A stretch of DNA of 64,000 bases from Octopus vulgaris (taxonomy: Eukaryota): NCBI GenBank assembly GCA_951406725.2, contig OX597816.1:59334001-59398000 (forward strand), read 5' to 3'. Below the pieces are notes generated by a model. The model had not been told where the DNA came from. It saw nothing but the letters and a program-made list of their open reading frames with translations, and made no database searches. Positions within the stretch are counted from its first letter, which is position 1. The number at the start of each line of letters is the position of its first letter. The position numbers and the translations under genes are program-made. Shown one piece after another: positions 13,556-26,975 of this stretch.

Positions 13556-16139
13556 AGGTCAATTATCATGAGAAAAGGAGTAACTAATAATGACAGAAGG
13601 GAAGAAAACACTTTACTAAAAAAACTAGAATCAGTTTTGGGGGTTTTTTTTCTTCTTTTCTTTGTTTCTTTCACACACTAAATATGAGAAAAGACCACAA
13701 AGAAAATGTTGTCAAACCTAGCAACTAGAGGCTGGCATGTAGCTGAGAGAGAAATGGAAAGAAGCTGATTGAGACAAATAAAGTGAAAAAATAAGTAGAG
13801 ATAGTCATATACTTTTCAATATTCCTCATCACTCATTTCTTTGAAGGTTGTTGATAAGGCAAATTATTTATACCTAATTTGCTCATTCAAAAGGAACAGA
13901 AGCTATTTTATAGTAGTGGCAGAAGAGACAGAGAGAGGAATTAAACTTTATTGATCACTTGAATAGCCTTTGGATGAAGTCTAGGATGTAATAATTATGC
14001 AAAGTATGACAGAAATTGCTAGGAAGTTTGCATAAACAGTAACTTCTGGATGTGTGTGTGTGTGTGTGGAAAGACTATCATAAGAGGCAATTGTAAATTC
14101 ATATGTTTGCTTTAGAAGTCAAGAAAAGTATATTTTAAGAAATAACCAAGAGGAGACACAAAGAATATATTCTAGCAGTACACACTAATCTAGTTTCGAT
14201 ATGCACAGTAAGAATGTTTAAACAATTCTGAGGAATAACTGTCAGTAAAATTTCATTTAAGTTTCTATCATACAGCCTTGTGAAAAAATATTTTTCATCA
14301 TGTTTATTTTACAAAATGGAAATTATCAGAATTTTAATTATTTTTTTTTTAATCTTAAAATGAAAATTTAACTTATTATATTTCAAGCAAGTAAACAATC
14401 AACACTAAAATCTCCATCATCATCATTCTACACCCACTCTTCCCATGCTTGCAAGGGTCAGATGGAATTTGTTGAGACAAGATTTATTGCCAGATGCCCA
14501 CTGTTGCCAGCCCTTACATATTTCCAGAAAAGGTATTTACCCATGGCCAAACATGTTTTTCATGGAAGACTGGAAATGAACAATGTCACTTGTATAAGTG
14601 TTGCTCATTTACATCACATGATATCAAAACAAAGTTACACACACAATGGGCTTCTTTCAGTTTCCATCTACCAAATCCACTCACAAGGCCTTAGTTGACC
14701 CAAAAGCAAGTGTCTTCCATTCAATGGGACTGAACCAAAAACCACATGGTTAGGAAGCAAGCTTTTTAAGCCACAGTGTAATATAATATTAGAAACTAAG
14801 TTAGCTAAAAGGTAATTGTAAAAAAATATTCATACTCATCTGATCACAGCAATTTAAAATGATTCTAAAATATATACTTTTAATCATCAACCCACCATAT
14901 CATCATCATTTATCCACTTTCCATCTTGGCATATTTAGACAAGTCGTCACAGTTTGAGCTAAATTTTGTCAGGAGTAACTGCCCTACCTCTCCCCAGTGG
15001 CCAGGGATCCATGCCTCTAGTCCATTTTCATCATCATCAGCCATTTTTTCTACAGCTGAATGTCCTTCCTAACACCAACTATTTTACAGAGTGTATTGGG
15101 TGCATTTTTCATGGCAACAGCGCTAAAGAGGTTGTCAGGTTTTCAACAAGGCTAAAAAGTCTTCCCAATCTATGATATTTCTATACATTCACCAACCACT
15201 TTACATGACACAGCACTAAAGAGATAATTGTCTTTGCCAAGACAAGAATAATGATCCTCTCTCTGAACCCTGTATTTCCGTCTCCGTTCATCTTTCACTT
15301 CACAAAATATACTGGATGAAATTTATGGTGGCAGCTGGTGATACACTGGGAAGTAATGTTAACTAGTAAGAGATAGCACAATTGGATAGTTGAGATGGCA
15401 ATGGAAAGAAAATGAATGATGGATGAGTGATCTGAGTGGGAAGGGGCATAAGCATATGTATATGTGTGGCTTGTTTTTATATTTACACCAGTCAAAACAT
15501 GTTATCTGTTCATTCATGTCTTGTAACATAGCAGTTCAGTAAAATAAGTACTAGATTTGAAATGACAGACTAAACTTGAAGCGATGCTCCAGTATTACAA
15601 ACCAATAACTAAATCCAGTAGAAGAATTCAAGCAATTTTTAAAATTTGTTATCTGAAGTCTTACATACTTCTTGACCATGATAAGTAAGCTCCTTGAATT
15701 TTAGGAATCATCATCAAGCACTTTTGCTAAAATAGGGTGTTAACCTTGCAGATTAACCCTCACTTTAACCAGGGGCAGACTTCTAATCATAATCATATTT
15801 TTGTGGGGTTTTTTTGGGGGGGGGAGAGGCAGAGCTGTGCTTTTACAGCTAAATATAATGCCAACCCTTTTAGTCACATTCTACCAAATTTTACATTTTG
15901 TTGTTATTATGCAAAAGTGTCTCATAACTTTAAAACGCTTGTTTAGAAAACAAAAAAATAGCAAAATTCTTATACAACACATTGACAATTTTTGATATCT
16001 TGGCATTTGAAGCAGTAGGAGATACAGTAGTTTGAACAAAAGAACTGGATTAGCAAGCAAAAAGCAAATATTGAAAAAAGTACATTTGGCCAAATTTGGA
16101 CATACAACAGTTTAACATAATAGCAACAATTTGTTTATA

Positions 16140-17166
16140 CTGGTTGTCCCAAAAGTCACTGATGAGTTTCAATTTTTAACAACTTCCTTAACTTTACAAA
16201 TAAATACATGAAATTTTGATACAATATAAAGGACATAATGGAAATTAATATACACACAATAGGTGGAGGAGTGGCTATGTGGTAAGTAGCTTGCTTACCA
16301 ACCGCATGGCACCTTGGGCAAGTGTCTTCTACTATAGCCTCAGGCTGACCAAAGCCTTGTAAGTGGATTTGGGAGACAGAAACTGAAAGAAGCCCATCAT
16401 ATATGTGTGTGTGTGTGTGTTTATGTTTGTCCCCCCTCCTAATTTCTTGACAATGCTGGTGCATTTGCATCCCCGTAACTTAGCAGTTCGGCAAATGAGA
16501 CTGATAGAATAAATACTAGGCTTACAAAGAATAAATCCTGGGATCAATTTGCTCAACTAAAGGTGGTGCTGCAGCATGGCCACAATCAAATGACTGAAAC
16601 AAGTCAAATTCTGCAACACTAATACATCACATATGAAAAATGACATCGCTTAAATGGCAGCCATTTACAGCTTCACATACCTGTTGCTCTTTCCAAAATT
16701 TACACCAGGGTCTGCGGTTTGTAGATGTAAACCTTCTCTTACAAGAAAAAATCTGGGCTAGTCAAGTCTGGGGAACGTGAAGGCCAGCTGACGTTGCCGT
16801 GGCGGAAGATTATTCTCTCTCCAAAGCACTGCCATAGCAACTGCATTGTTTCTCTTGCAGTATGAGCAGTTGCCCCATCTTGCTGGAACCATGTGTGAGG
16901 TCTACTTTGAATAATCAGAGAAGTTGGGTTTGAAACTCTTGTTACAGTGCAAGTTTTGGAAAGAGCAGAGGTGTGCGAAGCCGAAAATGGCTGCCATTTA
17001 AGCAATGTCATTTTTCATATGTGATGTAGTGGTGTTGCAAAATTCGACTCATGCATATTAATTTCCATTATGTCCTTTATATTGTATCAAAATTTCACGC
17101 ATTTATTTGTAAAGTTAAGGAAATTATTAAAATTTGAAACACATCAGTGACTTTTGGGACACCCTG
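16140..17166 (-). mobile_element. Internally deleted DD41D (rosa/VS-type) mariner relic with ~215-bp inverted arms
   Basis: TA at 16138-16139 and 17167-17168; c(a/t)gg(g/t)tgtcccaaaagtcactgatg termini. Peptide WFQQDGATAHT...WPSRSPDLTSPDFFL has 41 residues between the last two catalytic Asp (counted by hand). Confidence 0.85.
16261..16604 (+). mobile_element. tRNA SINE nested in the left arm of the mariner relic
   Basis: Same family as 13155. It interrupts the left arm, whose two halves are contiguous in the right arm. Confidence 0.85.
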
Positions 17167-17350
17167 TATTAGTTATATTCTATGTTCAATTATATCAAGA
17201 AATTAAATTGAAGTTGCTCAGTAACACCAATAACAGTTATTTTTAATACTTTTCTTGCCGGATTGCTTGTTTGTTTCTCTTTTTGCCATTTCTGATTTTA
17301 TTTTTTATCTTCTATATAAATGAAGATATTTCCTCCATCTGGAACAGTCA

Positions 17351-17909
17351 AGGTGATGCATTAGATACAAATAATTACAGAGGTATCGAGTTGTTGGATC
17401 AGGTAATGAAAGTCATGGAGAGGGTCATAGCCCAACTAATTAGGGAGAAGGTCAGTCTAGACGAGATGCAGTTTGAGTTAGTGCCAGGGAAAAGCACCAC
17501 TGATGCTATATTTCTGGTAAGACAGCTGCAGGAGAAATACCTAGCCAAAGATAAACCTCTGTACCTGGTTTTCATTGACATGGAGAAAGCTTTTGACAGG
17601 GTTCCCTTCGATCCCTTATCTTGTGGTCAATGTGGAAACTAGAGGTAGATGAGTGATTAGTGAGAGCTGTACAAGCCATGTACAAGGGATGCTGTCAATA
17701 AGATGAGGGTTGGTAACGAGTACAGTGAAGAATACCAGGTAGGGGTCCACCAAGGATCGGTCATCAGCCCCCTCTTATTCATCATAGTTCTCCAGGCAAT
17801 AACAGAGGAATTCAAGACAGGATACCCTGGGAGCTTCTCTATGCTGATGACCTTGCTCTAATAGCTGAGTCACTATCTGAACTAGAGGAGAAGTTTCAGA
17901 TGTGGAAAC
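17351..17909 (+). pseudogene. RTE-clade LINE reverse transcriptase fragment
   Basis: GDALDTNNYRGIELL...GKSTTDAIFLVRQLQEKY...FIDMEKAFDRVP, followed by GVHQGS and LLYADDL coding sequence with frameshifts. Confidence 0.9.
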
Positions 17910-19649
17910 TTAAATATTTCTGAAAGTTAACAACTTAGAGCAGAAATATGTAACAAGTTTGTTATAAATAGTTTCAAGAATTAAATAGCTACCGAATTAC
18001 AACCTGACCTCAAAAACCAATAATTGATTGGATATAGTACAAAGATGATGGACAAAAAGCTTAGACAAGAGTAGCTCCTAAGAGAATATATATTTATTGG
18101 ATGATGATGATAGAACACATTACAGTGCTATACAATAAAATATATATATATATATATATACTCATTTAACTTGATCACTGAATAATCAATATCTGATAAA
18201 GAAATCCAGTTTCTAATGTTTGAATAATCTCATTCATTCTATCAAGAAAATATTTTATGGTAGAGCTGAATGGTTTAGCATTTTACATTAAATGGAGCAT
18301 CTGATGGCCAAATTACTCACAAACTAATAACCACTGCAAGTGTTTTTCATTTCTCAGAACACTTATCTACATTGCTTTAATTCAACTAGCTTGAAAGAAT
18401 AGGTACCAAAATCATCTGGGACTATTTTACTTGCAATGTAATAGTTCTCTATGTTTTTTTTTTATCTGGACAAATTTAAGTAGCAAAACTTTTACAATAG
18501 AATCTAACTAGAATTAATGGTAGTCTAAGACTCTAATCATTCAAACAAAGCATCTTTATGCCTTTAAAGTTGCCATTGTTTATATGAATTACTATTAAAT
18601 TACATTTAAAATTCGTGCCAATATTAAAACAAATGAATTTCTGATTAAAATATTTTTATTCATTACAGCTGTAAAATTTTATAATCAAAGTTATGTATAG
18701 ACATAAATGACAGATCATTCTGTATGATATGGAAAATTTTGATGAACTGTTTGAAAACTTTTAGAGTAAATATTGCAAAACATTTACAGTGGTAAGAAAA
18801 CACCAGTGTTTGACTCTTCACCGAATATAAAAGAGTGACCCAGATAGGGGACTATTTCAACCACAATGCCTAAAAGCATAAAAATATATGGTAGAGTGGT
18901 ATAGATTGTAAAAAATTTAAATTGTCTGCAAATCTACATTTTAAGTTCAAACCCCAACCAAAACAAAATAAAAGCCATGAATTCATGGCACTTTGATCAA
19001 CTTAATCCCAACAAGGTAAAAAATATTTTATAATTGGTGTAAAAGCACTGAATCAAGTGCATTACAATATTTAGTACTCGTCCCAATCACAACTTGAGTT
19101 CGAATTATATAGACTGACTTGCCTTCTTCCTATTTGATAAAATGTACTAGTAAATACACAAACCCAATTCCATCAGCTATATCCCTCTTCTACAAAAATT
19201 AGCCTTGTGTCTAAGTAATCATTAGCGTATTGATTCCATGTCTATTTATAGTTAATGGAGTAGGTTCGTCAGAAATATGGCAATATACAACAGCATAAAA
19301 TTCCCCAAACCATATTTGTATCATGCAATTCTCGGTTTATTTACATCACCTAAACTACTTTTTATATTTTGACATAGCAAACTTGTTTTCCAAACATTGA
19401 TCTTTTCCTCAGTCTGTCATCTATGCCTGTATGCCTAAGAATTTTTTTTTGTATTCTTTAATCACTATATATTTTCTAAACAATTATCAATCGCTTTGAA
19501 ATGAAGTTTATCCTTGACTATCAGCCATCAACTTCATACATTAACAGAAACAAGATTTAAATGTAAGTTGCTCAGTTATCAAAACTGTAAACATGAATAT
19601 ATACTACAACACTCAGTTTTTATGTCCTTAAAATATACGGTGTATTTTA

Positions 19650-20629
19650 TTAAGCAGGAGAGTGCCTTAGTGAGAAAGCGTACCCTCGTCCCTAAGTTTT
19701 GATTTTATCAAACTGTCCACTTCCCATCAGCAACTTCTCATATACGTGTGTATGAGATAGAACTAGCGCCAAAAAAATACGGAATAATAACGAATATCAT
19801 TATTCCTAGCATTCGATTCCATTTATGTCATTTCAATGAAACGTAGACGTTACAATAAAACTCTTAACATAAAGATGTTATTACTATTCCCAAGTAAAAT
19901 AATTAATTGAACCAAAACACAGATCGGGAATTTTAAATTGTAATCTTCCCACAAAATTCCAAACTGAAATGTTCATGTATTTTAATTCGTCTTGAAACTT
20001 CAAAATTTGTTTATGTATAAATTTGAAGCAATTAGTTCTATTTACGACGAAACTACAAGATGAAAGTTGAGAAAAGTTTCGCCAAATACCAATATCTTGC
20101 AGAGAATGCAACATCGAACAAGACCATTTCTCCGTTCCTAAATTTGTTGAACACAGCGTATTGACCTATAAACGGGTATGGAGGAATGTGCGCGCACGCG
20201 CTTACTGGCCTATATCAATCATGATTAATTTCTTTTCAGATTCAAAACCTCAGATTTTTAAAACATTGAAATGTTTTGATGCTTATGTAATTGATTTAAA
20301 ACAGAAATGCCAGTGACGTTTGCGAAAATAGTTTTTTTTCTATTGGGAATCGTAACAAAATAGCAACACGTCAGACAAATAACATAAAGCAATTCGAGTC
20401 AAAACGAAAGATAGCCCAATATTTGAATCTCTAAGTAAATGAGATTTTATTTCATCATTGAAAATTTTTTAATCTTAATTTCCAGCCCTACAAAAATATT
20501 GAATTTTCGGCAATATAGCCTTTTGTTTACACAATGTAGAATAAACAGTTTACTGAGGTTTTATGTATTAACGATTTTATAGAGGATCCAGCTGAGAACT
20601 GAAAACGGATGCATAGATTATCAATTTAT

Positions 20630-20680
<51 letters not shown>

Positions 20681-23000
20681 TCATTTTATATTAATTTTGT
20701 ATGTTCGCGTGTGTATGTACCTCAATTTAGACAATACTAACGATTTGACTTTCGAAATAATTCACTACATTTAATGAACGATACTCAACTAGCCATATAT
20801 ATATAATCGCTCTTTACACACAACCAAATCGATGAGTTAATGATTGTCGCTATGTTGATAATAATCTTTTTTTTTTTTTTTAAATCCTCGTACATCTAAA
20901 CTACCATTGCGCCTTTGAAAAACAAACACAAAAATGATTCATCGTCGTCAGTATTGGTATGTTTCTTATAAAGACTAAGGCTTCTTCATAAGTGATAACC
21001 GAGAAGAAGCAAGGGATATTGAGGGACTAAAATATATCTGTAGTAAGTAGAGCAAATTATGTCCAACAGTAGTAGAAAGCGTGCATAGTGATTGTAAAAT
21101 TTTATGAATTATTTTTTGTCCTTTTTCTTTCCTGCCCCACCCCCACCCCTCGCGGAAAAAAAGCTGGGTTTTTATATACCGAGAAGTATAAATGGTTAAG
21201 TTACTGAAATTACCAGAAAGAGGTAAAGGAAAAAGAAACAAGCAGATAGATATTCCGGTGCAAAAGAAAGGGACATAATTGAATACAGAAGAATGAAGAA
21301 AGCAAATTTGAGAAATTAACAAAATCACTTAATATCTAGTATAATTAAATGTTTGGGAGTTGCAACAAAGTTTAGAGAGGAGCTAACTTAAAATAATAAC
21401 AACACAAGGTCGGGGGAAAATAATTGTACTAAAATCCTATAAATTGGAAGGCTAGCATCTAAAATATAAGGCTGGTTATAATAGAAATGTTTTTCTCCAG
21501 AAGACGAATTTTATATGGCAGCCATATTGAATGTTAAATTGGCGAAGACAGGTTGCTTGGTTTACTGTTAATACACAGGACGGCATCGAAATATGACTGA
21601 TTACTCTGCCAACATTGGCTGAAAATATATCATTTTCTAAAATATTTCATCTCCACTAAATTTTATATTGTTTTGAGAAAAATAAAACAAATATGAAACT
21701 AAGAATATATATTCCCTTTACCAGATATCAAGAGTAGCAAGGAATATTTATTTGATTTTAACTTGTCACAGACGGAAGATAAACAAAATAGAAAAACTTT
21801 TCTTGATGGCATTTTCTAATATAAAAAAATCATTCGAAATATTGAAACATATAAAAAGATAAACATATTTCTTACCTGACATTTAGTCTAACCGGTGGTG
21901 CACAAGTAGCCCAGTTAAGTACTATGTGTGTCCTGCAGAACCAGCCAAGCAGTCGCCAAAGGCCTTGTTGCGGTTTCTTACCCAGTTTATCTTTGACATG
22001 AGGCAGGTCACAAATACTTAAATGATGGAAAAGGGGGCGATCCCAGAGTACGATAACAATAGTAAAGAATCACTGAATGGTCGACAATGCATATTCCACA
22101 AGCAACTAGTATAATAATAATCTCAAATGTATAATGCAACTCGCTTTCATACAAATCATAAAGTTCTCTATTCGGTTCCAGATAGATTTCGGTTTACTGA
22201 AAAGATTAAAAAAATTTTTATATAATTTATTAAAAAAATACACAGATTATATTTTATAATGAATTATTTAATTTTTATAGTTAATCAGGTTAGCTGCTAG
22301 ATTAAGGTAAGATATTATTACTAGTATATACAAATTTGTATAATTTTATTACAAATCTAAATGCTTAAACTATGAAAATCGAACGAAAACATCTTTAAAG
22401 CATAAAATTTTAACCAAAAAACAATCGTTAATATCTTCCTCTATTACAGAAAACTGATATTTATACAATTAGTGAAAGCATGACCCAAAAACGAAAACTA
22501 CTCACCAACTATTATTGTAAGGTTGATAACAAATAAGATTTCCACTGATCACTTATCAACCATTATAATAGAATTAAATTTTCTTTTATATGTCCTAATA
22601 CTGTTCTTATATTATTCAATTTGCTTTGTAATATGCGAGTAGTTGCAGTAAGCTTGTCTAAAATCCGTGAAAGTAAAATCTCCAGCCAACATTGAACGAG
22701 CAAATACAACACTAACATTAAGGCGTATTACTATCACATCAAGCAACCAAAATCTTTAATTGGATGGCTGCTTCAGAATCCTACGCGGCAAAATATAGTT
22801 CCTTGGTCTGCATCCGGCTGATTCTTTATACAAGAAAACTTTTAAAGTATAAGTTAAACATTAGACTTGACCTCTCCACTGATATTTTATGTTGTTTATT
22901 ATATTTTCTACAAACAAACTTAATAGCTTGATCTTGTTAGGATATTAGCGCACAACTACATTATCTGGTTAACTAACAAATTAGTATAGATTCACAGTGG
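19650..23000. promoter_or_regulatory. CpG-retaining, TE-free promoter-like region
   Basis: Visibly higher CpG density than the flanks (e.g. gtgcgcgcacgcgc near 20190). No recognisable TE from about 18.0 to 24.7 kb. YY1-like ATGGC(A/T)GC at about 21516 and 22764; minus-strand CCAAT at about 22758. Confidence 0.5.
21876..22196 (-). other. Candidate non-coding (5'UTR or lncRNA) exon
   Basis: Acceptor aaatttttttaatcttttcAG (22197-22198) and donor CAG|GTAAGA (21875). An upstream donor TG|GTGAGT at 22505 defines a 309-bp AT-rich intron. No ATG-initiated ORF reaches the donor. Confidence 0.5.
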
Positions 23001-23916
23001 AATGTAACCAATGTGAGTATGTTTTGGGGAGGAACTTTTTAGATAAAAAGGTTAATTCTAGTAATTCTATAATTATTATTTTAATACGTGATTTATATAA
23101 CTTTAAAATAGGGTAATTAAAGATTCATTCCATGTATTTTGTTTCTAGAGTGAACTTTTCAACTCACAATTGTGTTTTTCTCATCAGCAAAGTTTATATT
23201 TTAATAAAACTATATCTAAAGACATATTATTTCATAATCATGATCAACAAACCTTAATATTTGAAATAACTTTCAATTTTTAACTACGGAACAGATTATC
23301 ATTAGTAAGACAATTAAAGGAACTCCAGAATTATGTCCCTTGTTTAGGTTCATTTATAAATTTCAATTCCGACACGAAATCGTTAATCAATGAATTGAAA
23401 TTGTATTTATTTAGTATTAAAATATAGGGGAAAAAATACTTCAAGTTTTTAGAGAACCAAACGTTTTTAATTATATATTCTAAAGGTGTCTATATAATGA
23501 ATTCTATAAAATACAGTTTAGCTTAAATGTTAATTTGTATAGAAGGAAGGCTGCTTCATACACCAGTAAACAACAAAAATTAAGGTGCTAATAATTTTAT
23601 TTGTTTCAATAATACTGATTAATTATAGTATTATAATTTCAATAATCTAGTTTAATTATAGAAATACTGGAGAAATAATTGGAATAATACAGTTGTATAT
23701 CAAAGAATAATAGGTTCGATTACAAATTGCGCAATTCCTTTAACTGTGAGCGGATAGACACAATGTTGGAAGCGTGGGGGGGGGGGGTCATTCATCTAGA
23801 TAGAAAATTTTATAGACTAGTTTGAAAATTAAGAAACTTTCTTTACTTCTTTAGCCCTGGTTTGTCGTCGTCTTCAGAAATTTACCACAGAGGAATGTAT
23901 TAAATTAATGTGTATC

Positions 23917-23968
<52 letters not shown>

Positions 23969-24961
23969 CCACACACACACAGATGGAAGTAAATTAGATT
24001 AAATGCAAATTTTATTTTACTATCAAATTATTTAGAAAAATAGATTTCTTTTTGGGAGAGATATTTTACTTTGCAAATACAAGACAGAATAATTATAGCC
24101 AAGATTAACATTGTCCTAATTCAGACTTTCTTTTGCAAATACTAATGAAAAAGTTGGTAATTTTACTGAAAGAGCTTTCTTTTTTACTGTTTTACTTTTC
24201 TTTTTATCGCAAAAAAATTGTGAGGATTTTCTCAAATTAGAATATTTGGATATTAAGTAGTTATTTATTATAACTGGATCCTTGCATTAAAGTGATAACT
24301 TGTTTATCAATGAAACAGATTTATTTTGACCAAAGACAACGCAAATGAAATAGTCAATCAAGTTAGAGTGCAATCACATGTGGTCCAATCATTGAATTAT
24401 ACCGATTTTTATGTTTCCCTGAAAATGGAAATCAATATTGGCTGCAAAAATCTAAAAGTCCACTTAAAGATATCATTGTTTACTCTGATTTAAGACAAAG
24501 CAGCACTGTTTTAAAAGATTAACAATTTACAAAAATAAATGGTTGATAATATAACAAAAGTGTAATTACACTCTCTTAATTACACACTGCAACAAAGAAT
24601 ACTGGTATTTCCCTATAAGTTTTTGAGGCAATGCATAACACTTATGTCATTACTTTAGGTGATACAAGTTTGAGACCCTGGAACAACCAGGAACTCTCAT
24701 TACCTGATATTTCAGTAAGACAACGACAAAATTTTCATTGTCAACAAGCTGGCTCCACAGAAAATATTGAATGTCACAAGTTGAAAAATCTAATTCAGTA
24801 GCATATTATGGTTTTCAGGATCTTGTTCTATTAGACGACAGATACAGAATCTCACATTTAGTATATGTGATGGAGAGTGTCTTATCTTACATAAAGCATC
24901 AACATCTAGCCCAAGGTAAAAAAAAGAGTAAGCCCATCAGATATCTTTCCATCATATCTGG

Positions 24962-26975
24962 ATGAAGGTAAGACAACTGGCTCTAGGAAGTCTACAGCAG
25001 CCTCATCAAATCAACAGAGGAAGTTGCATTGGCTACTCTTACCAAAAAGAAGAGTAGGGGCCAGAGCAAACCTTCTAATTCCCCAAATGTCATCGAAGCC
25101 AGAAACCATCTAAAGTCTATATCACTAGCTTACCACCGTTCTCCATCCCAGTCACTGAAGATCCAACTCATAACTGCCAAGAAGAATCTTGATGAGGCTT
25201 ACTTGAACGCCGAGGTCGACTTTATCAACAGCAAAATTAGCAAACTATCCAAAGAGCACATTAGTAAAAAACACCATCTCGCCTGGAAATCCATCAAAGA
25301 CCTATCAGGCAAAAATTCTGAGTCATCAATTAGAATTAAAGGGGGAGCAGCTAAGAAGCATTTAGAAAATTGGTCAACTCATTTTAAAAACCTTCTTGGG
25401 AAGAATGCCAAAATCCCTGATAACCCCACTCTTCCAAGTGTGCCTATATCAGACACGCTGGACATCAACACCTCCCCTTTTACCATATTTGAACTAACAG
25501 CAACCACTAAACAACTGAAAGCCTCGAAAGCATTTGGTCCCAACAACATCCCAGCTATAATTTGGAAGGATGATAGATTTCACGCACTTTTGCTCAATCT
25601 TTGCAACCACACACTTTCCACTTTTGTAGCTCCAAAGATTTGGCACCAATCTCAAATCATCCCAATACCCAAAAAAGGTGATTTATCCCTCGTCACCAAT
25701 TACAGGGGTATATCTCTAATGTCAATTGCTGCAAAATTGTACAACAAACTGATTCTAAATCGTCTCGTCCTTTTTGTTGAACCTTTGCTCTGAAAGAACC
25801 AAAATGGATTCAGACATGGGCGCTCAACGCTGAGCCAGATACTATGCCTACGCAGACTTATTGAAGAATCAAAATCATTTAATCGCGATCTTGCAATGGT
25901 GTTTGTAGACTTTTCTAAAGCGTTCGACACTGTAGATAGGTACAAGATGTTTGAAATCCTTAAGCTCTATGGGATACCAGACAAAATCATTTCTGCCATC
26001 AAGTTCCTCTACACAGATACGTCTTCAACCATCTTAACCCCTGACAGAGAAATATCATCTTTCTCAATCAAAGCCGGAATACTGCAGGGAGACACACTCG
26101 CCCCATTTCTCTTCATCATTGTCGTTGACTATGTGCTACATATGTCAGTTGATACCATTTCTGGCAAGGGCTTTGAAATAAAACCTAGAAGTTCCAGACA
26201 CCCAGCTGAATACTTGACAGACACTGACTTTGCTGACGACATCGCTCTTATCAGTGATTCTCTCTCCAATGCCCAGTCTCTTTTACAATCTCCCGAACAA
26301 GCCTCAAATTGTGTAGGTCTTTACCTCAATGAGGCCAAGACTGAATATATAAACAAGTGCCTGTCCAACAGTGATTGCATCATCCATACTCTCAACAATG
26401 CACCCTTAAATATGGTTTCTGATTGCAAATATCATCATCTGGAAAAGAGTTTCTAACTAGAAAGGATATGGCCTGGTCAACCTGTAATGACATGCATAAG
26501 ATCTGGTCATCAAATCTAAGTAGAGACTTCAAACTTGAAATCTTCAAAGCCACAGTCGAATCAATTCTACTATATGGCTCAGAAACCTGGACGTTATCAA
26601 AGAAGCTTGAGAGGTGGTTGGATAGAACCTACACTCGCCTCCTTATGAGAGCTCAAAATCTCTCATGGAAGTGTCATCCAACCATAATGCAAATATATGG
26701 GAAACTACCACCTGTGTCATCTCTTGTGAAAGGTAGGAGAGCCCAGTTTGCTGGACATTGTTGTAGAGCTGAAAACGAGGCAACTTCTACTCTTCTCCTC
26801 TGGAAGCCATCTACTCGCAATACCAGAGGGCGCACACTCTCCTACCCTGATGTAATCTCCAGGGATACAGGCATCCAGCAACAGGACCTCCATAATGCTA
26901 TGATGGACCGTGAAGTCTGGCGTAGCATGGTAAATTCCATTGTCTCGACCACGGTCGAACAATGATGATGATGAG
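24962..26975 (+). pseudogene. 5'-truncated RTE-group LINE (RT plus C-terminal region) with (TGA)n tail
   Basis: Three consecutive ORF pieces: NYRGISLMSIAAKLYNK, FVDFSKAFDTV, GILQGDTLAPFLF, DFADDIAL, ILLYGSETWTL, RRAQFAGHCCR. Nonsense at 25791 and frameshift near 26440. The stop codon runs into tgatgatgatga. Confidence 0.92.

Noticed and set aside
13813-13835. Minus-strand MSDEEY start resembling troponin T
   Set aside because: Followed immediately by an in-frame TGA.
21876-22070. 65-codon open frame reaching the 21875 donor
   Set aside because: No ATG after the upstream TGA, and its phase (2) does not match the phase-1 acceptor at 1175.
25029-26965. Intact or domesticated reverse transcriptase gene
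   Set aside because: 5'-truncated, with a nonsense codon at 25791 and a frameshift near 26440; an ordinary dead LINE copy.
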